A stretch of 64,000 nucleotides of DNA, taken from positions 35,808,001 through 35,872,000 of the forward strand of contig CP086569.2 in the NCBI GenBank assembly GCA_009914755.4, given 5' to 3'. Positions within the stretch are counted from its first letter, which is position 1, and every line of letters begins with the position of its first letter. Origin of the DNA: the human T2T-CHM13v2.0 reference genome, Homo sapiens. Below, piece after piece: positions 1 to 14,130 of the stretch. A program made the translations under genes and the position numbers. The notes under the pieces are model-generated. The model had not been told where the DNA came from, searched no databases, and worked only from the letters and a program-made list of their open reading frames with translations.

Positions 1-3000
1 GACTGGAATGGAATGTTCTCGAAGTGAACGGACTCCAATGGAATGGATTCGAAAGGAATGGAAACTAATGGAATGGAATTAAACGGAAATGAATCAAATA
101 GAATAGAACGGAATTGAATTGAATGGAATCGAATGCAATGGAATCTAATGAAACGGAAAGGAATGGAATGGAATGGGCTGGAATGGAATGGAATCGAAAC
201 GAATGGAATGGAATCGAACTGAAGAGACTGGAATGGAATGCACTGGAATGGAAGGGAATGTAATGGAAGGTTCTCGAAAAAAATGGAATCGAAAGGAATG
301 GAATTGAATGGAACGGAATAGAGTCGAATGGAATTCAATGGAATGGAATGGACTAGAGTGAAATGGAATCGAACCACAAGGAATGGACAGGAATAGAATG
401 GTCTCGAATTGAATGGAATCGTATGGAATGGCATCAAACGGAATGGAATGGACAGCCACGGAATGGAATGGACACCCACGGAATGGAATGCACTCGAATG
501 CAATGGAGTCGACACTAATGGACTGGAATAGAATGGACTCGACTGGTACGGACTCCAATGGAATGGAATCGAATGGAAGGGAATCGAAAGGAATGGACTC
601 GAAGGGAAAAAACTGCAATGGAAAGGTCTCCAATGGAATGGAAATTAATGGAATGGAATGGAATCGAATGAAATGGAGTCAAAAGGAATGGAATCGAATG
701 GCAAGAAATCGAATGTAATGGAATCGCAAGGAATTGATGTGAACGGAACGGAATGGAATGGAATCCAAAGGAATGGAATAGAATGGAATGGAATCGAATG
801 GAAAGGACTCGAATGGAAATCACTCGAATAGAATGCAATTTAATAAAATAGGATCAAATGTAATGGAATGGAATGGAAAGGAATCGAAACGAAAGGAATG
901 GAGACAGATGGAATGGAATGGAACAGAGAGCAATGGTATAGAATGGAATGGAATCATCTGGAATGGAATTGAATGGAATGGAATAATATGAAATGGAATG
1001 GAATGGAATGGAATGCCCTTGAATTAAATGGACTGGAATGCAATGGACTCGAACAGAGTGGAATGGAAAGTGTTGAAATAGAATGGAATGGACTCGTTTG
1101 GAATGGTCTAGTATGCAATGCAATCGACTGGCAGGGAATCAAAAGGAATGTAATCGAATGGATTGGACTGGAATGCAATGGACTCGAATAGATTGGAAAC
1201 GGAAAGCAAAGGAATGGAATGGAATAGTATGGAATGGAATGCAAAGGAATGGAGTGGAATAGACTAGAGTGGAATGGAATGGACTCGAAAGCAATGGACT
1301 GGAATGGAACTTTCTTGAATGGACTGGAATCAAACGGAATGGAATGCAATGCAATCAAATGGCATGGAATAAAATAGAATGAAAGAGAATCAAATGGAAT
1401 TGAATCGAATGGAATCGAATGGATTGGAAAGGAATAGAATGGAATGGAATGGAATTGACTCAAATGGAATGGACTAGAATGGAATGGATTCGAATGGAAG
1501 GCAAAGGAATGGAATCTATTGGAATGGACTGTAATGGAATGGAATGGAAGGGATTGGAATGGACTCGAATGGAATGGACTGCAGTAGAAAGGATTCGAAT
1601 GGAATGAAAAAGAATTGAATGGAATAGAACAGAATGGAATCAAATCGAATGAAATGGAATGGAATAGAAAGGAATGGAATGAAATGGAATGGAAAGGATT
1701 CGAATGGAATGCAATCGAATGGAATGCAATCGAATGGAATGGAATCGAACGGAATGGAATAAAATGGAAGAAAACTGGCAAGAAATGGAATCGAAATGAA
1801 TGGAGTGTTATGGAACGGACTCAAAAGGAATTGAATGTAATAGAATGGAGTGGAGTGGACTCGAATATAATGGACTGGAATGGAATGAAATCACATGGAA
1901 TGGGAACGAATGGAATGGAATGGAAAGGAATGGAATCGAATGCAAAGGAATCGAATGGAAGGGAATGAAATTGAATCAACAGGAATGGAAGGGAGTAGAA
2001 TAGACGGTAATGGAATGGACTCGAATAGAATGGACACGAATGCTCAAATTGAATGGACTCGAATGGAATGGAAACGAAAGGAATGTCATCGAATGGAATT
2101 GAATCGATTGGAATGAAATCACATAGAATGGAGTGGAATCAAATGGAATTGAATCGAAAGGAAAGGAAGCGAATGGACTGAAATGAAATGGAATGGAATT
2201 GAATGGAAATTAATTCAATGGAATAGAATGGAACGAAATTTCACGGAATGGAATCAAACTGAATGGAATCAAATCAATGGAATATAATCAAATGGAATGG
2301 AAAGGAATTGAATGGAGTAGATTGAATTGGATGGGATTGGAATGAAATGTACTGGAAAGGACTCGAATTTCATGAAACGGAATGGAATGAATTAGAACGG
2401 AATGGACTCGAATGGAATGGAATGTCATGGAATGGCATCAAATGGAATGGAATCGAATGCGATGGAATGCTATGGAATGGAATGGAATGCATTGGAATGG
2501 AATGTCCTCTAATGGAATGTATTCGAGTGGAATGGAATCGAATATAATGGAGTCTAATGAAATGGAATTGAAAGGAATGGGACCGAATACAATGGAATAT
2601 ACTGGAATGTAATGTAATGAACTCGAATGTAATTGACTGGAATGGAATGTACATGAATGGAATGTAATCGAATGGAAAGCAATCCAATGGAATAGAATCT
2701 AATGCAATAAAATCGACTCAAATAGAGTAGAATGTAATGGAATGGAGTGCAGTGCAATGGAATGGAATGGAATGGAATGCAATGGAATGGAATGGAATGG
2801 AATGGGATGGAATGGTATGGAATGGATAGTAATGGACTGGAGTGAAATGGACTGGAAAAGAATGGACTCAAATTGAAAGGGCTCGAAAGGAATGGAGTCA
2901 AATGGAATGGTCTGGAATGGAATGAACACGAATGTAATGCAATCCAATAGAATGGAATCGAATGGCATGGAATATAAAGAAATGGAATCGAAGAGAATGG

Positions 3001-3534
3001 AAACAAATGGAATGGAATTGAATGGAATGGAATTGAATGGAATGGGAACGAATGGAGTGAAATTGTATGCAGTAGAAGAGAATAGAATGGAATGCAAGCG
3101 AAAGGAAAGGAATGGATTGGAATGGAATGGAATTCATTGGAATGGAAGGGAATGTAGTGTAATGGACAGGCCTGGAATAAAGTGGAATGCTACGGTCTCG
3201 AATGGAATAAAAATGTATGGAACGGAATGCAATGAAACGGAATCGAATGTCATAGAATGTAATGGAATGCAAAAAAATGGACTCCAAAATCATTGACTGG
3301 AAAGGCTGGGTGTCGAAAGGAATTGACTCCAATGGAATGGAATCGAATGGAATGGAAGTGAATAGAATCGAACTAAATCGAATGGAATGGAATTGATAGG
3401 AACGGAATGGAAAGGAATGCAATGATTTGGCATGGAATGGAATCGAATGGCATCGAATGGAATGGAATGGAATGCAATGGAATGGAATGTATTAGAATGT
3501 AATGAACTTTAATGGAATGTACTCGAATGGATTC
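1..3534 (+). repeat. HSat3 HOR copy 1 (3534 bp), subtype A
   Basis: Starts at landmark gactggaatggaatgttctcgaagtgaacggactcc. Carries two copies of the 15-mer ggaatggacaNccacg (451-480) and the KNCNGK-variant pseudo-ORF at 413-718. Near-identical to copies 9 and 12. Confidence 0.85.
835..866 (+). repeat. AT-rich non-pentameric landmark (gcaatttaataaaataggatcaaatgtaatgg) present once per HOR copy
   Basis: The same 32-mer recurs at about 4384, 7918, 11447, 14959, 18503, 22002, 25550, 29079, 32593, 36141, 39670, 43219, 46753, 50302, 53856, 57360 and 60864. Copies 17/18 read attgcaattt. It is useful as a phase marker. No function is implied. Confidence 0.7.
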
Positions 3535-6500
3535 GACTGGAATGGAATGTTCTCGAAGTGAATGGACTCCAATGGAATGGATTCGAAAGGAATGGAATCT
3601 AATGGAATGGAATTAAATGGAAATGAATCAAATTGAATAGAACGGAATTGAATTGAATGGAATCGAATGCAATGGAATCTAATGAAACGGAAAGGAAAGG
3701 AATGGAATGGATTGGAATGGAATGGGCTGGAATGGAATGGAATCGAAACGAATGGAATGGAATCGAACTGAAGAGACTGGAATGGAATGCACTGGAATGG
3801 AAGGGAATGTAATGGAAGGTTCTCGAAAAAAATGGAATCGAAAGGAATGGAATTGAATGGAACGGAATAGAGTCGAATGGAATTGAATGGAATGGAATGG
3901 ACTAGAGTGAAATGGAATCGAACCACAAGGAATGGACAGGAATAGAATGGTCTCGAATTGAATGGAATCGTATGGAATGGCATCAAACGGAATGGAATGG
4001 ACAGCCACGGAATGGAATGGACACCCACGGAATGGAATGCACTCGAATGCAATGGAGTCGACACTAATGGACTGGAATAGAATGGACTCGACTGGTACGG
4101 ACTCCAATGGAATGGAATCGAATGGAAGGGAATCGAAAGGAATGGACTCGAAGGGAAAAGACTGCAATGGAAAGGTCTCCAATGGAATGGAAATTAATGG
4201 AATGGAATGGAATCGAATGAAATGGAGTCAAAAGGAATGGAATCGAATGGCAAGAAATCGAATGTAATGGAATCGCAAGGAATTGATGTGAACGGAACGG
4301 AATGGAATGGAATCCAAAGGAATGGAATAGAATGGAATGGAATCGAATGGAAAGGACTCGAATGGAAATCACTCGAATAGAATGCAATTTAATAAAATAG
4401 GATCAAATGTAATGGAATGGAATGGAAAGGAATCGAAACGAAAGGAATGGAGACAGATGGAATGGAATGGAACAGAGAGCAATGGTATAGAATGGAATGG
4501 AATCATCTGGAATGGAATTGAATGGAATGGAATAATATGAAATGGAATGGAATGGAATGGAATGCCCTTGAATTAAATGGACTGGAATGCAATGGACTCG
4601 AACAGAGTGGAATGGAATGTGTTGAAATAGAATGGAATGGACTCGTTTGGAATGGTCTAGTATGCAATGCAATCGACTGGCAGGGAATCAAAAGGAATGT
4701 AATCGAATGGATTGGACTGGAATGCAATGGACTCGAATAGATTGGAAGCAGAAAGCAAAGGAATGGAATGGAATAGTATGGAATGGAATGCAAAGGAATG
4801 GAGTGGAATAGACTAGAGTGGAATGGAATGGACTCGAAAGCAATGGACTGGAATGGAACTTTCTTGAATGGACTGGAATCAAACGGAATGGAATGCAATG
4901 CAATCAAATGGCATGGAATAAAATAGAATGAAAGAGAATCAAATGGAATTGAATCGAATGGAATCGAATGGATTGGAAAGGAATAGAATGGAATGGAATG
5001 GAATTGACTCAAATGGAATGGACTAGAATGGAATGGATTCGAATGGAAGGCAAAGGAATGGAATCTATTGGAATGGACTGTAATGGAATGGAATGGAAGG
5101 GATTGGAATGGACTCGAATGGAATGCGCTGCAATAGAAAGGATTCGAATGGAATGAAAAAGAATTGAATGGAATAGAACAGAATGGAATCAAATCGAATG
5201 AAATGGAATGGAATAGAAAGGAATGGAATGAAATGGAATGGAAAGGATTCGAATGGAATGCAATCGAATGGAATGCAATCGAATGGAATGGAATCGAACG
5301 GAATGGAATAAAATGGAAGAAAACTGGCAAGAAATGGAGTCGAAATGAATGGAGTGTTATGGAACGGACTCAAAAGGAATTGAATGTAATAGAATGGAGT
5401 GGAGTGGACTCGAATATAATGGACTGGAGTGGAATGAAATCACATGGAATGGGAACGAATGGAATGGAATGGAAAGGAATGGAATCGAATGGAAAGGAAT
5501 CGAATGGAAGGGAATGAAATTGAATCAACAGGAATGGAAGGGAGTAGAATAGACGGTAATGGAATGGACTCGAATAGAATGGACACGAATGCTCAAATTG
5601 AATGGACTCGAATGGAATGGAAACGAAAGGAATGTCATCGAATGGAATTGAATCTATTGGAATGAAATCACATAGAATGGAGTGGAATCAAATGGAATTG
5701 AATCGAAAGGAAAGGAAGCGAATGGACTGAAATGAAATGGAATGGAATTGAATGGAAATTAATGCAATGGAATAGAATGGAACGAAATTTCACGGAATGG
5801 AATCAAACTGAATGGAATCAAATCAATGGAATATAATCAAATGGAATGGAAAGGAATTGAATGGAGTAGATTGGATTGGATGGGATTGGAATGAAATGTA
5901 CTGGAAAGGACTCGAATTTCATGAAACGGAATGGAATGAATTAGAACGGAATGGACTCGAATGGAATGGAATGTCATGGAATGGCATCAAATGGAATGGA
6001 ATCGAATGCGATGGAATGCTATGGAATGGAATGGAATGCATTGGAATGGAATGTCCTCTAATGGAATGGATTTGAGTGGAATGGAATCGAATATAATGGA
6101 GTCTAATGAAATAGAATTGAAAGGAATGGGACCGAATACAATGGAATATACTGGAATGTAATGTAATGAACTCGAATGTAATTGACTGGAATGGAATGTA
6201 CATGAATGGAATGTAATCGAATGGAAAGCAATCCAATGGAATAGAATCTAATGCAATAAAATCGACTCAAATAGAGTAGAATGTAATGGAATGGAGTGCA
6301 GTGCAATGGAATGGAATGGAATGGAATGCAATGGAATGGAATGGAATGGAATGGGATGGAATGGTATGGAATGGATAGTAATGGACTGGAGTGAAATGGA
6401 CTGGAAAAGAATGGACTCAAATTGAAAGGGCTCGAAAGGAATGGAGTCAAATGGAATGGTCTGGAATGGAATGAACACGAATGTAATGCAATCCAATAGA

Positions 6501-7083
6501 ATGGAATCGAATGGCATGGAATATAAAGAAATGGAATCGAAGAGAATGGAAACAAATGGAATGGAATTGAATGGAATGGAATTGAATGGAATGGGAACGA
6601 ATGGAGTGAAATTGTATGCAGTAGAAGAGAATAGAATGGAATGCAAGCGAAAGGAAAGGAATGGATTGGAATGGAATGGAATTCATTGGAATGGAAGGGA
6701 ATGTAGTGTAATGGACAGGCCTGGAATAAAGTGGAATGCTACGGTCTCGAATGGAATAAAAATGTATGGAACGGAATGCAATGAAACGGAATCGAATGTC
6801 ATAGAATGTAATGGAATGCAAAAAAATGGACTCCAAAATCATTGACTGGAAAGGCTGGGTGTCGAAAGGAATTGACTCCAATGGAATGGAATCGAATGGA
6901 ATGGAAGTGAATAGAATCGAACTAAATCGAATGGAATGGAATTGATAGGAACGGAATGGAAAGGAATGCAATGATTTGGCATGGAATGGAATCGAATGGC
7001 ATCGAATGGAATGGAATGGAATGCAATGGAATGGAATGTATTAGAATGTAATGAACTTTAATGGAATGTACTCGAATGGATTC
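3535..7083 (+). repeat. HSat3 HOR copy 2 (3549 bp), subtype B
   Basis: Same landmark order as copy 1. Has 15 extra bp (aaggaaagg ... ggaatggattggaatgg) near the unit head. Near-identical to copy 13. Confidence 0.85.
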
Positions 7084-10000
7084 GACTGGAATGGAATGTT
7101 CTGGAAGTGAATGGACTCCAATGGAATGGATTCGAAAGGAATGGAAACTAATGGAATGGAATTAAACGGAAATGAATCAAATAGAATAGAACGGAATTGA
7201 ATTGAATGGAATCGAATGCAATGGAATCTAATGAAACGGAAAGGAATGGAATGGAATGGGCTGGAATGGAATGGAATCGAAACGAATGGAATGGAATCGA
7301 ACTGAAGAGACTGGAATGGAATGCACTGGAATGGAAGGGAATGTAATGGAAGGTTCTCGAAAAAAATGGAATCGAAAGGAATGGAATTGAATGGAACGGA
7401 ATAGAGTCGAATGGAATTCAATGGAATGGAATGGACTAGAGTGAAATGGAATCGAACCACAAGGAATGGACAGGAATAGAATGGTCTCGAATTGAATGGA
7501 ATCGTATGGAATGGCATCAAACGGAATGGAATGGACAGCCACGGAATGGAATGGACACCCACGGAATGGAATGCACTCGAATGCAATGGAGTCGACACTA
7601 ATGGACTGGAATAGAATGGACTCGACTGGTACGGACTCCAATGGAATGGAATCGAATGGAAGGGAATCGAACGGAATGGACTCGAAGGGAAAAGACTGCA
7701 ATGGAATGGTCTCGAATGGAATGGAAATTAATGGAATGGAATGGAATCGAATGAAATGGAGTCAAAAGGAATGGAATCGAATGGCAAGAAATCGAATGTA
7801 ATGGAATCGCAAGGAATTGATGTGAACGGAACGGAATGGAATGGAATCCAAAGGAATGGAATAGAATGGAATGGAATCGAATGGAAAGGACTCGAATGGA
7901 AATCACTCGAATAGAATGCAATTTAATAAAATAGGATCAAATGTAATGGAATGGAATGGAAAGGAATCGAAACGAAAGGAATGGAGACAGATGGAATGGA
8001 ATGGAACAGAGAGCAATGGTATAGAATGGAATGGAATCATCTGGAATGGAATTGAATGGAATGGAATAATATGAAATGGAATGGAATGGAATGGAATGCC
8101 CTTGAATTAAATGGACTGGAATGCAATGGACTCGAACAGAGTGGAATGGAAAGTGTTGAAATAGAATGGAATGGACTCGTTTGGAATGGTCTAGTATGCA
8201 ATGCAATCGACTGGCAGGGAATCAAAAGGAATGTAATCGAATGGATTGGACTGGAATGCAATGGACTCGAATAGATTGGAAACGGAAAGCAAAGGAATGG
8301 AATGGAATAGTATGGAATGGAATGCAAAGGAATGGAGTGGAATAGACTAGAGTGGAATGGAATGGACTCGAAAGCAATGGACTGGAATGGAACTTTCTTG
8401 AATGGACTGGAATCAAACGGAATGGAATGCAATGCAATCAAATGGCATGGAATAAAATAGAATGAAAGAGAATCAAATGGAATTGAATCGAATGGAATCG
8501 AATGGATTGGAAAGGAATAGAATGGAATGGAATGGAATTGACTCAAATGGAATGGACTAGAATGGAATGGATTCGAATGGAAGGCAAAGGAATGGAATCT
8601 ATTGGAATGGACTGTAATGGAATGGAATGGAAGGGATTGGAATGGACTCGAATGGAATGGACTGCAGTAGAAAGGATTCGAATGGAATGAAAAAGAATTG
8701 AATGGAATAGAACAGAATGGAATCAAATCGAATGAAATGGAATGGAATAGAAAGGAATGGAATGAAATGGAATGGAAAGGATTCGAATGGAATGCAATCG
8801 AATGGAATGCAATCGAATGGAATGGAATCGAACGGAATGGAATAAAATGGAAGAAAACTGGCAAGAAATGGAATCGAAATGAATGGAGTGTTATGGAACG
8901 GACTCAAAAGGAATTGAATGTAATAGAATGGAGTGGAGTGGACTCGAATATAATGGACTGGAATGGAATGAAATCACATGGAATGGGAACGAATGGAATG
9001 GAATGGAAAGGAATGGAATCGAATGCAAAGGAATCGAATGGAAGGGAATGAAATTGAATCAACAGGAATGGAAGGGAGTAGAATAGACGGTAATGGAATG
9101 GACTCGAATAGAATGGACACGAATGCTCAAATTGAATGGACTCGAATGGAATGGAAACGAAAGGAATGTCATCGAATGGAATTGAATCGATTGGAATGAA
9201 ATCACATAGAATGGAGTGGAATCAAATGGAATTGAATCGAAAGGAAAGGAAGCGAATGGACTGAAATGAAATGGAATGGAATTGAATGGAAAGTAATGCA
9301 ATGGAATAGAATGGAACGAAATTTCACGGAATGGAATCAAACTGAATGGAATCAAATCAATGGAATATAATCAAATGGAATGGAAAGGAATTGAATGGAG
9401 TAGATTGGATTGGATGGGATTGGAATGAAATGTACTGGAAAGGACTCGAAATTCATGAAACGGAATGGAATGAACTGGAACGGAATGGACTCGAATGGAA
9501 TGGAATGTCATGGAATGGCATCAAATGGAATGGAATCGAATGCGATGGAATGCTATGGAATGGAATGGAATGCATTGGAATGGAATGTCCTCTAATGGAA
9601 TGTATTCGAGTGGAATGGAATCGAATATAATGGAGTCTAATGAAATGGAATTGAAAGGAATGGGACCGAATACAATGGAATAAACTGGTATGTAATGTAA
9701 TGAACTCGAATGTAATTGACTGGAATGGAATGTACATGAATGGAATGTAATCGAATGGAAAGCAATCCAATGGAATAGAATCTAATGCAATAAAATCGAC
9801 TCAAATAGAGTAGAATGTAATGGAATGGAGTGCAGTGCAATGGAATGGAATGGAATGCAACGGAATGGAATGGAATGGAATGGAATGGGATGGAATGGTA
9901 TGGAATGGATAGTAATGGACTGGAGTGAAATGGACTGGAAAAGAATGGACTCAAATTGAAAGGGCTCGAAAGGAATGGAGTCAAATGGAATGGTCTGGAA

Positions 10001-10617
10001 TGGAATGAACACGAATGTAATGCAATCCAATAGAATGGAATCGAATGGCATGGAATATAAAGAAATGGAATCGAAGAGAATGGAAACAAATGGAATGGAA
10101 TTGAATGGAATGGAATTGAATGGAATGGGAACGAATGGAGTGAAATTGTATGCAGTAGAAGAGAATAGAATGGAATGCAAGCGAAAGGAAAGGAATGGAT
10201 TGGAATGGAATGGAATTCATTGGAATGGAAGGGAATGTAGTGTAATGGACAGGCCTGGAATAAAGTGGAATGCTACGGTCTCGAATGGAATAAAAATGTA
10301 TGGAATGGAATGCAATGAAACGGAATCGAATGTCATAGAATGTAATGGAATGCAAAAAAATGGACTCCAAAATCATTGACTGGAAAGGCTGGGTGTCGAA
10401 AGGAATTGACTCCAATGGAATGGAATCGAATGGAATGGAAGTGAATAGAATCGAACTAAATCGAATGGAATGGAATTGATAGGAACGGAATGGAAAGGAA
10501 TGCAATGATTTGGCATGGAATGGAATCGAAAGGCATCGAATGGAATGGAATGGAATGCAATGGAATGGAATGTATTAGAATGTAATGAACATTAATGGAA
10601 AGTACTCGAATGGATTC
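7084..10617 (+). repeat. HSat3 HOR copy 3 (3534 bp), subtype C
   Basis: Distinguishing variant ...gactgcaatggaatggtctcg... (pseudo-ORF 7496-7801 reads DCNGMVSNG). The first ~1.8 kb is near-identical to copy 14. The tail (about 8.9-10.6 kb) is more diverged from copy 14. Confidence 0.85.
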
Positions 10618-13600
10618 GACTGGAATGGAATGTTCTGGAAGTGAATGGACTCCAATGGAATGGATTCGAAAGGAATGGAATCGAACGGAATGGAATTAAA
10701 CGGAAATGAATCAAATAGAATAGAACGGAATTGAATTGAATGGAATCGAATGCAATGGAATCTAATGAAACGGAAAGGAATGGAATGGAATGGGCTGGAA
10801 TGGAATGGAATCGAAACGAATGGAATGGAATCGAACTGAAGAGACTGGAATGGAATGCACTGGAATGGAAGGGAATGTAATGGAAGGTTCTCGAAAAAAA
10901 TGGAATCGAAAGGAATGGAATTGAATGGAACGGAATAGAGTCGAATGGAATTCAATGGAATGGAATGGACTAGAGTGAAATGGAATCGAACCACAAGGAA
11001 TGGACAGGAATAGAATGGTCTCGAATTGAATGGAATCGTATGGAATGGCATCAAACGGAATGGAATGGACGGCCACGGAATGGAATGCACTCGAATGCAA
11101 TGGAGTCGAAACTAATGGACTGGAATAGAATGGACTCGACTGGTACGGACTCCAATGGAATGGAATCGAATGGAAGGGAATCGAACGGAAGGGAATCGAA
11201 CGGAATGGACTCGAAGGGAAAAGACTGCAATGGAAAGGTCTCGAATGGAATGGAAATTAATGGAATGGAATGGAATCGAATGAAATGGAGTCAAAAGGAA
11301 TGGAATCGAATGGCAAGAAATCGAATGTAATGGAATCGCAAGGAATTGATGTGAACGGAACGGAATGGAATGGAATCCAAAGGAATGGAATAGAATGGAA
11401 TGGAATCGAATGGAAAGGACTCGAATGGAAATCACTCGAATAGAATGCAATTTAATAAAATAGGATCAAATGTAATGGAATGGAATGGAAAGGAATCGAA
11501 ACGAAAGGAATGGAGACAGATGGAATGGAATGGAACAGAGAGCAATGGTATAGAATGGAATGGAATCATCTGGAATGGAATTGAATGGAATGGAATAATA
11601 TGAAATGGAATGGAATGGAATGGAATGTCCTTGAATTAAATGGACTGGAATGGAATGGACTCGAACAGAGTGGAATGGAAAGTGTTGAAATAGCATGGAA
11701 TGGACTCGTTTGGAATGGTGTAGTATGCAATGCAATCGACTGGCAGGGAATCAAAAGGAATGTAATCGAATGGATTGGACTGGAATGCAATGGACTCGAA
11801 TAGATTGGAAACGGAATGCAAAGGAATGGAATGGAATAGTATGGAATGGAATGGAAAGGAATGGAGTGGAATAGACTAGAGTGGAATGGAGTGGACTCGA
11901 AAGCTATGGACTGGAATGGAACTTTCTTGAATGGACTGGAATCAAACGGAATGGAATGCAATGCAATCAAATGGCATGGAATAAAATGGAATGAAAGAGA
12001 ATCAAACGGAATTGAATCGAATGGAATCGAATGGATTGGAAAGGAATAGAATGGAATGGAATGGAATTGACTCAAATGGAATGGACTAGAATGGAATGGA
12101 TTCGAATGGAAGGCAAAGGAATGGAATCTATTGGAATGGACTGTAATGGAATGGAATGGAAGGGATTGGAATGGACTCGAATGGAATGGACTGCAATAGA
12201 AAGGATTCGAATGGAATGAAAAAGAATTGAATGGAATAGAACAGAATGGAATCAAACCTCATGAAATAGAATGGAATAGAAAGGAATGGAATGAAATCGA
12301 ATGGAAAGGATTCGAATGGAATGCAATCGAATGGAATGCAATCGAATGGAATGGAATCGAACGGAATGGAATAAAATGGAAGAAAACTGGCAAGAAATGG
12401 AATCGAAATGAATGGAGTGTTAAGGAACGGACTCAAAAGGAATTGAATGTAATAGAATGGAGTGGAGTGGACTCGAATATAATGGACTGGAATGGAATGA
12501 AATCACATGGAATGGGAACGAATGGAATGGAATGGAAAGGAATGGAATCGAATGGAAAGGAATCGAATGGAAGGGAATGAAATTGAATCAACAGGAATGG
12601 AAGGGAATAGAATAGACGGTAATGGAATGGACTCGAATAGAATGGACACGAATGCTCAAATTGAATGGACTCGAATGGAATGGAAATGAAAGGAATGTCA
12701 TCGAATGCAATTCAATCGATTGGAATGAAATCGCATAGGATGGAGTGGAATCAAATGGAATTGAATCGAAAGGAAAAGAAGCGAATTGACTGAAATGAAA
12801 TGGAATGGAATTGAATGGAAAGTAATGCAACGGAATAGAATGGATTGAAATTTCACGGAATGGAATCAAACTGAATGGAATCAAATCAATGGAATATAAT
12901 CAAATGGAATGGAAAGGAATTGAATGGAGTAGATTGTATTGGATGGGATTGGAATGAAATGTACTGGAAAGGACTCGAATTTCATGAAACGGAATGGAAT
13001 GTATTAGAACGGAATGGACTCGAATGGAATTGAATGTCACGGAATGGCATCAAATGGAATGGCATCAATTGGAATGGAATCGAATGCAATGGAATGCTAT
13101 GGAATGGAATGGAATGCATTGGAATGGAATGTCCTCTAATGGAATGGATTCGAGTGGAATGGAATCGAATATAATGGAGTCTAATGAAATGGAATTGAAA
13201 GGAATGGGATCCAATACAATGGAATATACTGGAATGTAATGTAATGAACTCGAATGTAATTGACTGGAATGGAATGTACATGAGTGGAATGTAATCGAAT
13301 GGAAAGTAATCCAATGGAATAGAATCTAATGCAATAAAATCGACTCAAATAGAGTAGAATGTAATGGAATGGAGTGCAGTGCAATGGAATGGAATGGAAT
13401 GGGATGGAATGGTATGGAATGGATAGTAATGGACTGGAGTGAAATGGACTGGAAAATAATGGACTCAAATTGAAAGGGCTCGAAAGGAATGGAGTCAAAT
13501 GGAATGGTCTGGAATGGAATGAACACGAATGTAATGCAATCCAATAGAATGGAATCGAATGGCATGGAATATAAAGAAATGGAATCGAAGAGAATGGAAA

Positions 13601-14130
13601 CAAATGGAATGGAATTGAATGGAATGGAATTGAATGGAATGGGAACGAATGGAGTGAAATTGTATGCAGTAGAAGAGAATAGAATGGAATGCAAGCGAAA
13701 GGAAAGGAATGGATTGGAATGGAATGGAATTCATTGGAATGGAAGGGAATGTAGTGTAATGGACAGGCCTGTAATAAAGTGGAATGCTACGGTCTCGAAT
13801 GGAATAAAAATGTATGGAATGGAATGCAATGAAACGGAATCGAATGTCATAGAAGTAATGGAATGCAAAAAAATGGACTCCAAAATCATTGACTGGAAAG
13901 GCTGGGTGTCGAAAGGAATTTACTCCAATGGAATGGAATCGAATGGAATGGAAGTGAATAGAATCGAACTAAATCGAATGGAATGGAATTGATAGGAACG
14001 GAATGGAAAGGAATGCAATGATTTCGCATGGAATGGAATCGAATGGCATCGAATGGAATGGAATGGAATGCAATGGAATGGAATGTATTAAAATGTAATG
14101 AACTTTAATGGAATGTACTCGAATGGATTC
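10618..14130 (+). repeat. HSat3 HOR copy 4 (3513 bp), subtype D
   Basis: Single copy of ggaatggacggccacg instead of two. Private tandem 15-mer duplication ggaagggaatcgaac x2 at 11172-11201. Confidence 0.85.

Larger units (their letters stand above)
1..8900 (+). repeat. Long near-identical block with partner at 38836-47735 (offset 38,835 bp = 11 HOR units)
   Basis: Unit lengths 3534/3549/3534 are reproduced. Almost all ORF translations are identical at +38,835, for example 413-718 = 39248-39553, 4503-5330 = 43338-44165 and 8037-8864 = 46872-47699. The exception is the pseudo-ORF 3679-4182 vs 42514-43002, which differs only at its 5' end (METFPLQ vs MQ, 167 vs 162 aa). Divergence rises after about 8.9 kb / 47.75 kb. 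Confidence 0.75.

Noticed and set aside
835-866. AT-rich aatttaataaaata element as a promoter, TATA box or origin
   Set aside because: It is a single short diverged segment repeated with the HOR. It has no adjacent initiator or coding context and is most simply a few mutated pentamers. I kept it only as a phase landmark.
1186-1206. CENP-B-box-like motif in agattggaaacggaaagcaaag (recurs once per unit)
   Set aside because: The CENP-B box core, as I recall it, requires TTCG ... A ... CGGG (nTTCGnnnnAnnCGGGn). Here the TTCG and CGGG positions read GATT and CGGA. The motif also belongs to alpha satellite, not HSat3.
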